Source of the DNA: a virus
Lineage: Duplodnaviria; Caudoviricetes
Length of the DNA: 53,523 nt
Direction: 5' to 3' (one strand)
IMG/VR virus record: IMGVR_UViG_3300029319_000067
Coordinates: 1-53,523 of that record
Within the stretch, counting starts at the first letter, position 1, and every line of letters starts with the position of its first letter. Under the pieces are notes generated by a model, which was not told the origin of the DNA, ran no database searches, and was given only the letters and a program-made list of their open reading frames with translations. Positions 1 to 6,805 of this stretch are shown here, one piece after another. The translations under genes were made by a program, and so were the position numbers.

Positions 1-1984
1 CGCCGGGATACCGAACTCTACCGACGCCTTTGTTTGCGCCAGAAGAAGCAGTTCTTTCAGGTGGTAGTTCTTCTTTATATGCTTTGCCACTACCAGAGGA
101 AATGTCATCCATGTTGTTAGCGAGAAGCGTAATATAGCCTTTGATAAGAACGCCAAAGTCCATTCCAAATGGACCCACTTTATAAACATCTTCGCTTGGA
201 AGGTAAGCCGACGCGCTTAACTCATCTCGTTTGAGATTCTGGTAGTTCTTGATAATGTTTATCATTTCAGCACGTCCACCCCAGTGAACAGTTTTCAGGG
301 AGTTGAGAAATGCTCTATCGGCTAATTTTGCGTAAAGTTGCTTTATGGCTCTGCCAGCCTTGGCGTAGTCTTTTTTAGTTGACCTTCGTGGGACACGCTG
401 ATACCTACTGCTGTCCACATCTGGGTCTTTAAGTGAGACTTTTTCCAAACCCCTAGCAAAACTTGCTCGGGCTTCTTCGTCTTCGTTTAGTTCACTGGCT
501 TTGATCTCACTTGCATCGTATCTGTCGTCACCACCATCGTAGTATTTGTAGTAAGCAGTTGTGCCAACCTCGTCACCAATAAATAAAACTTCTTCCTCAC
601 CAGCATCATCTAACATTTTTACGTTTTTGTGGTTCAAAATAAAGCCCACATCGGCAGCGTCAGCGGCTAAAACAATAGAAACATACTTTTCACCATCTTC
701 TGATTCATCAGAATAAAGATCGACGAAGCTAGAAGCCACGGAGGGGTCGTATGACCAAGAAGTAAGTCCAGAAGGATACCAACTACCTTTAAAAACAAAG
801 TTATCCTTTTTTTGTAGTTTGCCTTCTTCTGGTAGATTGTTTGGGTCTAAAAGCCCCCAAGACATAGCAGTCTTTGCTGGAACAAAAATACCACGGTAAA
901 CTTTACCTGCTGGTGGTTTTAGTTCGTCGTAATAACTGTCAAGTGTTCCTTCATCAGCCATAGCTTGTATTTGTTTTAGTTTGTCGTAAAGTTCTGTTTT
1001 GTTTCTTGTGCTTGTGTTCTTGATAAAGTTTCTCAACTTTGCTACGGTCTTTTGCGACCACCGAAAGCGTTCAAGGTCTGTTTCACCGTCGCCAGCCACA
1101 AAAAGGTCATCACCGTAAGGCTCATCTGGGTCAATGTCATCGTCGCCGGGGTATTCGTTTAGTTCCTCTGGTACATCTTCGACTTTGAGGATTTCCATTG
1201 GCGTTGCAATGATTTCATTCCACAAGGAAGTCTCTGTATCATCAGCGCACAGTGTTTCTAAGTCTGGGCAAATGTTTTCTTCTTCGCCGGGATACTCCAA
1301 GCGATACAGATTGACGGCTTTGCGACCAGTTGACGTAGCAAATGATTTGACATCGCTACGGAATGCTGCACGGACATTGCCTTTGAATGTAATGACTTTA
1401 TCTGAAGTTTCTCTGAAGAATGGCTTGGTCATTACTGTGAAGGCAGATATATCAAAAGCATCGCCTTCGTCAATAGCTCTTTGGATTCTTTTAATACCAT
1501 CTTCAGAAGTATAGTGCTTCAGTTCTAGTGGGTTGTCCAAACCGCCGTAAACTTGTGTTGTGAACTCGTCATCGATGAGAACGTAAGGTTCCATGTCGCC
1601 ACGAGAGTAGAAAAAAGCAAAACGAAGCTTGTCTATGTCTGTGAAATAACTGCCATATTCGCGTTTTAAGCCCCAGAAGCGGTGATTAATAAAATCCTCA
1701 ATAAAATCAATAACATTCTTGCGAGTTAGTAAGTCGTACCTTTCAACTTCTACGTTAAGCTGGAAAGAAAAGAAAGAATTTATTAAATCAACAAACTCAT
1801 CTACGCCTTCGATTTTGCCACCACGGACACTACTGCCTTCTTTTTGAAGCTCTAACATACGCTCAACGAAAAGTTCCCATTCACCCAACGTATAAAATGC
1901 TGAGTCGGGCTTAACGTAGCCTAAAACTTTAACGGTAACATTCTCAGTTAGGAAACGTCGCCAGTTTTGAAATATATTTTTCAT
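1..1984 (-). CDS. Large multidomain protein (3' end outside window) with an R-S-E type ADP-ribosyltransferase-like domain; putative internal head protein
   Basis: ATG at 1984, frame open to the left edge (absent from the ORF track because no stop). Own translation: leader MKNIFQNWRRFLTE; KVYRG (~895), TSWS (~757), EEEVL (~598); domains separated by ELNE. Confidence 0.7.
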   Translation of the reverse strand, partial: MKNIFQNWRRFLTENVTVKVLGYVKPDSAFYTLGEWELFVERMLELQKEGSSVRGGKIEGVDEFVDLINSFFSFQLNVEVERYDLLTRKNVIDFIEDFINHRFWGLKREYGSYFTDIDKLRFAFFYSRGDMEPYVLIDDEFTTQVYGGLDNPLELKHYTSEDGIKRIQRAIDEGDAFDISAFTVMTKPFFRETSDKVITFKGNVRAAFRSDVKSFATSTGRKAVNLYRLEYPGEEENICPDLETLCADDTETSLWNEIIATPMEILKVEDVPEELNEYPGDDDIDPDEPYGDDLFVAGDGETDLERFRWSQKTVAKLRNFIKNTSTRNKTELYDKLKQIQAMADEGTLDSYYDELKPPAGKVYRGIFVPAKTAMSWGLLDPNNLPEEGKLQKKDNFVFKGSWYPSGLTSWSYDPSVASSFVDLYSDESEDGEKYVSIVLAADAADVGFILNHKNVKMLDDAGEEEVLFIGDEVGTTAYYKYYDGGDDRYDASEIKASELNEDEEARASFARGLEKVSLKDPDVDSSRYQRVPRRSTKKDYAKAGRAIKQLYAKLADRAFLNSLKTVHWGGRAEMINIIKNYQNLKRDELSASAYLPSEDVYKVGPFGMDFGVLIKGYITLLANNMDDISSGSGKAYKEELPPERTASSGANKGVGRVRYPG

Positions 1985-1990
1985 GTAAGA

Positions 1991-1998
1991 TAAGTAGT
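1991..1998 (-). promoter_or_regulatory. Putative late promoter motif (ACTACTTA variant)
   Basis: One mismatch to recurrent ACTATTTA; 6 nt before ATG 1984. Confidence 0.5.
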
Positions 1999-2002
1999 CA
2001 CC

Positions 2003-2030
2003 AAAAAAGAAGGGAGGCTACTGCCTCCCC
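2003..2030 (-). terminator. Rho-independent terminator
   Basis: GGGAGGC/GCCTCCC stem followed by TTCTTTTTT on minus strand. Confidence 0.75.
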
Positions 2031-2059
2031 ACTGAAATAAGTTAAAATTTGTTTGGAGA

Positions 2060-2326
2060 TTAATCGTCGTCGATGACACCGAGAACTGTTGCTCCACGAC
2101 TCAAAGCTTTACGCGCTTTTTCTTTGTCTTCGTCGCTTTTCAACTCATTAGCCATCTCTTTAACGTGGCTTAAATCCATTTTATCGCTGTAACTAGCGAG
2201 GAAGCCCATAGAGAAAAATGCTTGAGCAAGGTGGTCGATATTATCTTCGGCAATACGTAACTTTTCCTCTTGTAATATTTTTCGCATTTCTTCTTTAACG
2301 AGTTCTTGTAGTTCAATCTTCTTCAT
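2060..2326 (-). CDS. Hypothetical protein with head-protein-type leader
   Basis: Leader MKKIELQELVKEEMRKILQE; AGGAGG RBS; ACTATTTA upstream. Confidence 0.65.
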   Translation of the reverse strand: MKKIELQELVKEEMRKILQEEKLRIAEDNIDHLAQAFFSMGFLASYSDKMDLSHVKEMANELKSDEDKEKARKALSRGATVLGVIDDD

Positions 2327-2348
2327 TAGTGTTCCTCCTAGAACATAA

Positions 2349-2356
2349 TAAATAGT
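2349..2356 (-). promoter_or_regulatory. Putative late promoter motif ACTATTTA
   Basis: Intergenic, recurrent motif upstream of leader-bearing genes. Confidence 0.6.
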
Positions 2357-2362
2357 TGTGTC

Positions 2363-2845
2363 TTATTGTTTGTACTTTTTCTTGTGGGCTGCTTTTAGTT
2401 TTAAATATTTTGGATTGGTTCTGGCAGTTTTCCAACAATGATAAAATATTGTTGCACTCTTTGCCTTGTCACTTGTTAGTGCGTCCTTTTCTTGTGGCAG
2501 GACAAAGCCCTCGGAATCATACTTCCTTCCGTCGCTATGGTTGGCGTAACGCCTTGCACGGGTAAAACCCATATGAAGGTACTTCTTAGCCATGTCGGCT
2601 CCTACAAAGTCACCCTGATGCAAATAATTGTAGAACATTGATAGGATTGTGCGAGACGATACATCGGCTTCGGCTGGAGTTTTAAATCGCCAGTGCGGCA
2701 AGATCTCACTTTTGTATGGTTGGCAGATCAAAACACCCTGTTGTCCTTTGCCAATGCGGTAAAGTTCAGGTTGTTTTCGATAGTTTACAAGCGGATTCCA
2801 GATTTTTAGATACTCTTTTAGTACCACTTGCTTTCTCCTATGCAT
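2363..2845 (-). CDS. DUF4385-like conserved protein
   Basis: GQQGVLICQPYKSEILPHWRFKT and ADMAKKYLHMGFTRARRYANH match the family as I recall it. Confidence 0.7.
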   Translation of the reverse strand: MHRRKQVVLKEYLKIWNPLVNYRKQPELYRIGKGQQGVLICQPYKSEILPHWRFKTPAEADVSSRTILSMFYNYLHQGDFVGADMAKKYLHMGFTRARRYANHSDGRKYDSEGFVLPQEKDALTSDKAKSATIFYHCWKTARTNPKYLKLKAAHKKKYKQ

Positions 2846-2993
2846 GTCTCAGGCTCTGCGCGGGTACCCAACGCCACTTGCCGTAGTCCCACAAAACAAA
2901 AACTTTGTCATCGCGAACACTAAGCACAAGACCACGCCAGTCCCGAGTCTGGGATATAACTAGATCTCCGCGTTTGAAACTTCTTTTTAACAT
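2838..2993 (-). CDS. KOW/SH3-like miniprotein (51 aa)
   Basis: Own translation MLKRSFKRGDLVISQTRDWRGLVLSVRDDKVFVLWDYGKWRWVPAQSLRHA. Confidence 0.7.
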   Translation of the reverse strand: MLKRSFKRGDLVISQTRDWRGLVLSVRDDKVFVLWDYGKWRWVPAQSLRHA

Positions 2994-3035
2994 GACTCAC
3001 CGATCGTCGAAAAATTTTTCTCCAAAATCGCCGTT

Positions 3036-3218
3036 CTAACGCTCACAATCGCCCTGCGGGGTAAAGGGTTCCAAAGCGTGCATCCATGCTCGACCCTTTC
3101 TTTGACTGTGAATCCACCAGACGCCGCACGTCCATCTATCACCTTGTGCTTCAAGAACGTCCAACACCAAACCAATCTTTGAAGTTCCGGTAAGCCGAAC
3201 CAAATCACCGCTTTTCAT
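3036..3218 (-). CDS. KOW/SH3-like miniprotein
   Basis: MKSGDLVRL...IGLVLDV...GVWW; ATGA overlap with upstream gene. Confidence 0.7.
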   Translation of the reverse strand: MKSGDLVRLTGTSKIGLVLDVLEAQGDRWTCGVWWIHSQRKGRAWMHALEPFTPQGDCER

Positions 3219-3418
3219 CGAATGCTCCAATGAAACCTTTGTTGCACAATGTCTGATCCGATGTAACGAATCTTGTATACCTTTGTGTTAGCGAGTGCGG
3301 CGCGACCAATACATTTTGTTTCAATCTTTGTTGGGTCTCTCACTTCTAGGACAATAGCTTTGTGCCACTTGTTCGCAAAAAAGTTAGCTTCAACCAAATC
3401 GCCTCGCTTAAACTTCAT
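3215..3418 (-). CDS. KOW/SH3 (Tudor-like) miniprotein
   Basis: MKFKRGDLVEA...WHKAIVLEV...YKIRY. Confidence 0.7.
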   Translation of the reverse strand: MKFKRGDLVEANFFANKWHKAIVLEVRDPTKIETKCIGRAALANTKVYKIRYIGSDIVQQRFHWSIR

Positions 3419-3591
3419 CGAACAAGCTCCCATTTTTCAGGTTCCCAACCCGATACGCTAAAATATGTGTCTTTGAACTTCCAGTGCCAAAAATGGTAAC
3501 AACCACCGGGAGTATCATCTACCATACCAAGAAAGACAATGCTCTGTCCAGTCTTGATATTACGAAATAGGTCACCGCGCTTCAAGCTCAT
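3415..3591 (-). CDS. KOW/SH3-like miniprotein
   Basis: MSLKRGDLFR; start re-assigned to ATG 3591 with GGGAG RBS. Confidence 0.6.
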   Translation of the reverse strand: MSLKRGDLFRNIKTGQSIVFLGMVDDTPGGCYHFWHWKFKDTYFSVSGWEPEKWELVR

Positions 3592-3790
3592 ACTCCCAAA
3601 AAGAATAAGTTGCTTTGCACTCGGGCGAATAGCAACGCCATGCAGCGCAGTCCCGTAGTGGTTCCACAAGCATAACCAACAAGCGTCCTTCAGGGTCATT
3701 GCCGCCACAGGAGCGCTCTTCCCCGTGAGCTAGACGTTGCCGTGAATACACTGCGTGGGGGGATGCCAACATTATGTCACCGCGTTTCAT
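3572..3790 (-). CDS. KOW/SH3-like miniprotein
   Basis: MKRGDIML...LLVMLVE...FWEYELE. Confidence 0.6.
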   Translation of the reverse strand: MKRGDIMLASPHAVYSRQRLAHGEERSCGGNDPEGRLLVMLVEPLRDCAAWRCYSPECKATYSFWEYELEAR

Positions 3791-3971
3791 TGTGCCTCAC
3801 ATCTTCTTCAGTTTCCCAAACAACCCATTCACCAAGTGTGGTTGGTTTTGTTCTTCGCACCTGAACATAGGGTGTGCCTTCTTCATCAGGTTGACATTGT
3901 AGTACAACGCCGGTCCAAGGAAGAAAACTTTGGTTCCTTGAGTGAACAAGGTCTCCGCGTTTAAACTTCAT
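3777..3971 (-). CDS. KOW/SH3-like miniprotein
   Basis: MKFKRGDLVH...WTGVVLQ...YVQVR. Confidence 0.7.
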   Translation of the reverse strand: MKFKRGDLVHSRNQSFLPWTGVVLQCQPDEEGTPYVQVRRTKPTTLGEWVVWETEEDVRHNETR

Positions 3972-4153
3972 TTCACAACCTTGCATACATCAGCCGGAAC
4001 CCAATCTTTATATGAACCGCCGCCGTCATCGGGTTCGGTCATGCGGACATAAAGCCATTCACCGTCACTCATAACTTGAAGCACAACGCCGGTCCAAACT
4101 TTGTAAGACCATTTTTTGACATCTGTGCGAATAAGGTCGCCTTTCTTAAACAT
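3968..4153 (-). CDS. KOW/SH3-like miniprotein
   Basis: MFKKGDLIR...WTGVVLQV...YVRM; close paralogue of 3777..3971. Confidence 0.7.
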   Translation of the reverse strand: MFKKGDLIRTDVKKWSYKVWTGVVLQVMSDGEWLYVRMTEPDDGGGSYKDWVPADVCKVVK

Positions 4154-4325
4154 ACGCAAGCCTCAACTGGTGGGAGTAATAAACTCCCCTGTGTGAGTTG
4201 GTCCACGCCACAACCCAAGCGACATTCCTGTCACCCAGCTTTTTAATAACAACCCCACGCTTCTTTTGCTGCTCTGGAGTGAGGCTATCTCCAGGTTTTA
4301 GTTTGACGTAATCGCCAATCTTCAT
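4146..4325 (-). CDS. KOW/SH3-like miniprotein (59 aa)
   Basis: Own translation MKIGDYVKLKPGDSLTPEQQKKRGVVIKKLGDRNVAWVVAWTNSHRGVYYSHQLRLAYV. Confidence 0.7.
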   Translation of the reverse strand: MKIGDYVKLKPGDSLTPEQQKKRGVVIKKLGDRNVAWVVAWTNSHRGVYYSHQLRLAYV

Positions 4326-4498
4326 CGAACATTCTCCAACTTACGAATAGGTTGCCAAGCATCCAGACCATCGATTTTGTCTTCAACAGCCCAGCGAATC
4401 TTGACCCACTCGCCAGAGGCTTCTTCGCCAATAACGAGACCTGTGCGCTGGGGAGTACACCAACCGGGAATAGTTTTTACTAAGTCACCACGTCTCAT
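4322..4498 (-). CDS. KOW/SH3-like miniprotein
   Basis: MRRGDLVK...TGLVIG...VKIRW...LENVR. Confidence 0.7.
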   Translation of the reverse strand: MRRGDLVKTIPGWCTPQRTGLVIGEEASGEWVKIRWAVEDKIDGLDAWQPIRKLENVR

Positions 4499-4650
4499 TT
4501 GCGCTTCCGTTCGGCTAAGGGTCGAATGCGTTTGAAAGTTTCCCAATCCATGATTGGCACAACGGCTTTGACCGCGTGAAATGCTTCCATCCGTGTCATG
4601 GTGGGTTCAGTTACTTTAACAATAATGTGAAGCAGTTCTGTGATTTTCAT
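4495..4650 (-). CDS. Hypothetical protein (51 aa)
   Basis: Own translation MKITELLHIIVKV...AERKRK; ATGA overlaps on both sides. Confidence 0.55.
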   Translation of the reverse strand: MKITELLHIIVKVTEPTMTRMEAFHAVKAVVPIMDWETFKRIRPLAERKRK

Positions 4651-4844
4651 TGGTCATTCTCTAACTGATGGGGCAGAACCCATGTCCAAGTCTTTTTGCA
4701 AAGCACCATACCCGCCTCGCGGTACTGAGTCTCAAGGTCTTCAGGCTGGTGCCAGTAGTTGGGGTACTCATCCATGCCACCGTAAATGTCACGGGGGTAG
4801 TCATTGTACCGCTCATATCCATTTTCGTCGTATCGTCTAAACAT
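4647..4844 (-). CDS. Hypothetical acidic/aromatic early protein
   Basis: First gene after the promoter at 4868-4937; GAGAGG RBS. Confidence 0.6.
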   Translation of the reverse strand: MFRRYDENGYERYNDYPRDIYGGMDEYPNYWHQPEDLETQYREAGMVLCKKTWTWVLPHQLENDQ

Positions 4845-4867
4845 GTTTTCCTCTCAAGAACAACTGT

Positions 4868-4937
4868 ATATTACCAAATGTGCTGCAAATGTCAAGCACT
4901 TTCGCGATAATTTTTCCAATCTTTACATTTGTTCACA
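4868..4937 (-). promoter_or_regulatory. Sigma70-like early promoter with upstream direct-repeat box
   Basis: TTGACA-16-TAATAT; box TGTGAACAAATGTAAAGATT at 4918-4937. Confidence 0.7.
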
Positions 4938-5095
4938 TTCTCTAGTTCGCCCCGTGAGTACCACAAAACAGTGTCACAGTTTGCCCAACGGACGTGGTAA
5001 ATATGACCGTCAAAGGTTTCCGCGTCTTCGACGCGGACCACAACACCAACTGGCATTGGATCAAGAGCGCGTCTTACCAAGTCACCCTTTTTCAT
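4892..5095 (-). CDS. KOW/SH3-like miniprotein
   Basis: MKKGDLVR...VGVVVRV...YHVRW...ELENV. Confidence 0.7.
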   Translation of the reverse strand: MKKGDLVRRALDPMPVGVVVRVEDAETFDGHIYHVRWANCDTVLWYSRGELENVNKCKDWKNYRESA

Positions 5096-5388
5096 CGAGT
5101 CACCACTTTATATCGACGGTTCTCCCACAATCGCCAACCTGTTGAGGAGATGGCTGTTCCGTCTTCTTTCTTAAACTTTTGTTTCTTGTGTGACACAAAG
5201 AGTTCTTCACCGTCAGGCATACGAATCAAATATTGTGAGCCACGGACGTGCTCGACAACCAGTGCGCCACGAAACGGATGTTGCGTGATAATGGAGCCTA
5301 CGAGCGCTTCGCGCTCGCGCTTAAATCGCAATCGGTCTTCGGCGGTTAACATGTTTCTACCATAGTGACGTGATCGACGTTTTGCCAT
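5092..5388 (-). CDS. Basic hypothetical protein, possibly SH3-like
   Basis: First gene after the promoter at 5413-5483; LVGSII...ALVVE...YLIRMPDGE. Confidence 0.6.
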   Translation of the reverse strand: MAKRRSRHYGRNMLTAEDRLRFKREREALVGSIITQHPFRGALVVEHVRGSQYLIRMPDGEELFVSHKKQKFKKEDGTAISSTGWRLWENRRYKVVTR

Positions 5389-5412
5389 ATTTCCCTCTCA
5401 AAGTACATAACC

Positions 5413-5483
5413 TTTTTACCACAGTGTGGGTCAATCGTCAAGCATTTTTAGCGATTTTTTAATAATCTTTACATTTCTTAACA
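5413..5483 (-). promoter_or_regulatory. Sigma70-like early promoter with direct-repeat box
   Basis: TTGACG-17-TAAAAA (weak -10); box TGTTAAGAAATGTAAAGATT at 5464-5483. Confidence 0.6.
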
Positions 5484-5493
5484 TTTGTGCCTA

Positions 5494-5501
5494 ACTATTT
5501 A
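5494..5501 (+). promoter_or_regulatory. Putative late promoter motif ACTATTTA (plus strand)
   Basis: Motif switches strand together with the only plus-strand gene. Confidence 0.6.
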
Positions 5502-5532
5502 TTTTAAACATCAACCATGGAGGGTAACATGG

Positions 5533-5817
5533 ATGGAAGCGCTAAACGGATTAGTTGAATACGGTATTTTAGGAATGTGGACCTTATCATTGCTTGTGAG
5601 CAACCACTCAATGAGAGGCAACTTTCAACAACGCTACGACGACCTTAACAAAAATGTCGTTGACGTTGTGAAAAAGAATAAGGAACTTGCTGAAGAAAAT
5701 CAAGAGAAGCTGGAAAAGGCTCTTGATAAGCTTGACCAAGGTCTCGACACAATGAAACAGAAGTACCTAGAAGACAAGCTGCGAGCCGAAATGCAGTTCA
5801 AAGACACTCGCGTGTAG
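5533..5817 (+). CDS. Small membrane/coiled-coil protein, BhlA/UviB holin-like
   Basis: GGAGGG RBS; N-terminal hydrophobic segment LVEYGILGMWTLSLLV then coiled coil. Confidence 0.55.
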   Translation: MEALNGLVEYGILGMWTLSLLVSNHSMRGNFQQRYDDLNKNVVDVVKKNKELAEENQEKLEKALDKLDQGLDTMKQKYLEDKLRAEMQFKDTRV

Positions 5818-5835
5818 GTAAATGCTTAACTCGCG

Positions 5836-6150
5836 TTAGGAGGGATTGTCGCCCGAAGGGCGACGGTCCTTTTTTATTTCCCTAAACCATGACCAATGCC
5901 TGAGTGACACTTTGCCGTCGTCCCGCAAGTGTTTAACAAATGGTACAGGCACGTCTTTCGGCATGTCGTACTCTAATCTAATAATGATGCATCTCACTAG
6001 CCTGTTCTGTGATGCGCCATTGTCCACCTTTACGAGACACATCATGCCCCGCTTGATATGCAAGGGTGTGGCAAACCGTTGGGATATTCCGTCTCCCTCT
6101 TCTATACGGTCTCGGACGATCCTGCGCTTATATTTTTTCGATGTCTTCAT
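5836..6150 (-). CDS. Basic protein with KOW/SH3-like core
   Basis: IKRGMMCLV...CIIIR...RHWSWFREI; shares HWSW with 6300..6485. Confidence 0.6.
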   Translation of the reverse strand: MKTSKKYKRRIVRDRIEEGDGISQRFATPLHIKRGMMCLVKVDNGASQNRLVRCIIIRLEYDMPKDVPVPFVKHLRDDGKVSLRHWSWFREIKKDRRPSGDNPS

Positions 6151-6307
6151 AATACGTTAAAACTATGCGCGATAAAGGTGTCCACCAAATGAAATATAAT
6201 CCTGAACGATGTGGTTCGGGGGCTGTGCGTACAACAATGCCACGGAAGTAACCCCGTGGCTGTGTCGTTCCATTTGAATATTTTACTAAGTCACCCCTTT
6301 TAAGCAT
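6128..6307 (-). CDS. KOW/SH3-like miniprotein (59 aa)
   Basis: Own translation MLKRGDLVKYSNGTTQPRGYFRGIVVRTAPEPHRSGLYFIWWTPLSRIVLTYYEDIEKI. Confidence 0.7.
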   Translation of the reverse strand: MLKRGDLVKYSNGTTQPRGYFRGIVVRTAPEPHRSGLYFIWWTPLSRIVLTYYEDIEKI

Positions 6308-6485
6308 CTCTCTTACGCACCCATGACCAGTGACACGCTTTTAACTCACCATCTTTATTCATATAAACGATGTTTTCGTTTTCCTTCTCTACTACAAGAC
6401 CTGTGGTGTGGGTGTTGCGCCAAGTGTGTTTGACCTCAATGACCATACCACGTTGTATCTCGGACTGTGCTTTGAATTTACTCAT
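6300..6485 (-). CDS. KOW/SH3-like miniprotein
   Basis: IQRGMVIEV...TGLVVE...CHWSWVRK. Confidence 0.65.
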   Translation of the reverse strand: MSKFKAQSEIQRGMVIEVKHTWRNTHTTGLVVEKENENIVYMNKDGELKACHWSWVRKRDA

Positions 6486-6490
6486 TGCTT

Positions 6491-6640
6491 AAATCTCAAA
6501 AAATTCTTGGGGCAAAATTTTCAAATCTCGAAAAATTACCCGTGTGTCGTTCGTGTACCATATAAGACCCGCCCGATGGTTAGCCCCCTAACCACATATA
6601 TTCCGGTAGCCGGGGTAGGGGGGAGGGGGGTCTACCCCCC
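6491..6640. repeat. Phased A-tract direct repeat plus G/C-run element
   Basis: AAATCTCRAAAAATT at 6491-6505 and 6523-6537; GGGGTAGGGGGGAGGGGGGTCTACCCCCC at 6612-6640. Confidence 0.6.
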
Positions 6641-6709
6641 AAAGTACCACAGAACAAACAACAGCATTGAACAAGCTGTCGCCCACAGTGTGACAAACAG
6701 GTCGTACAT
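6632..6709 (-). CDS. 25-aa hydrophobic peptide
   Basis: Own translation MYDLFVTLWATACSMLLFVLWYFGG; GAGAGG RBS; consensus promoter immediately upstream. Confidence 0.55.
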   Translation of the reverse strand: MYDLFVTLWATACSMLLFVLWYFGG

Positions 6710-6726
6710 TCTTACCTCTCTATAGT

Positions 6727-6755
6727 ATTATATACCATCCTAGCCAACATGTCAA
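6727..6755 (-). promoter_or_regulatory. Consensus sigma70 promoter
   Basis: TTGACA-17-TATAAT, perfect match. Confidence 0.8.
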
Positions 6756-6805
6756 GCAAAATGCTACACAAAATACTTCACCGATTAACTCTTTCATCTC
6801 TTCCC

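Noticed and set aside
2838-5095. Miniprotein array as a DGR target set or integron
   Set aside because: No reverse transcriptase, no template/variable repeat pair differing at adenines, and no integrase or attC-like palindromes in the window
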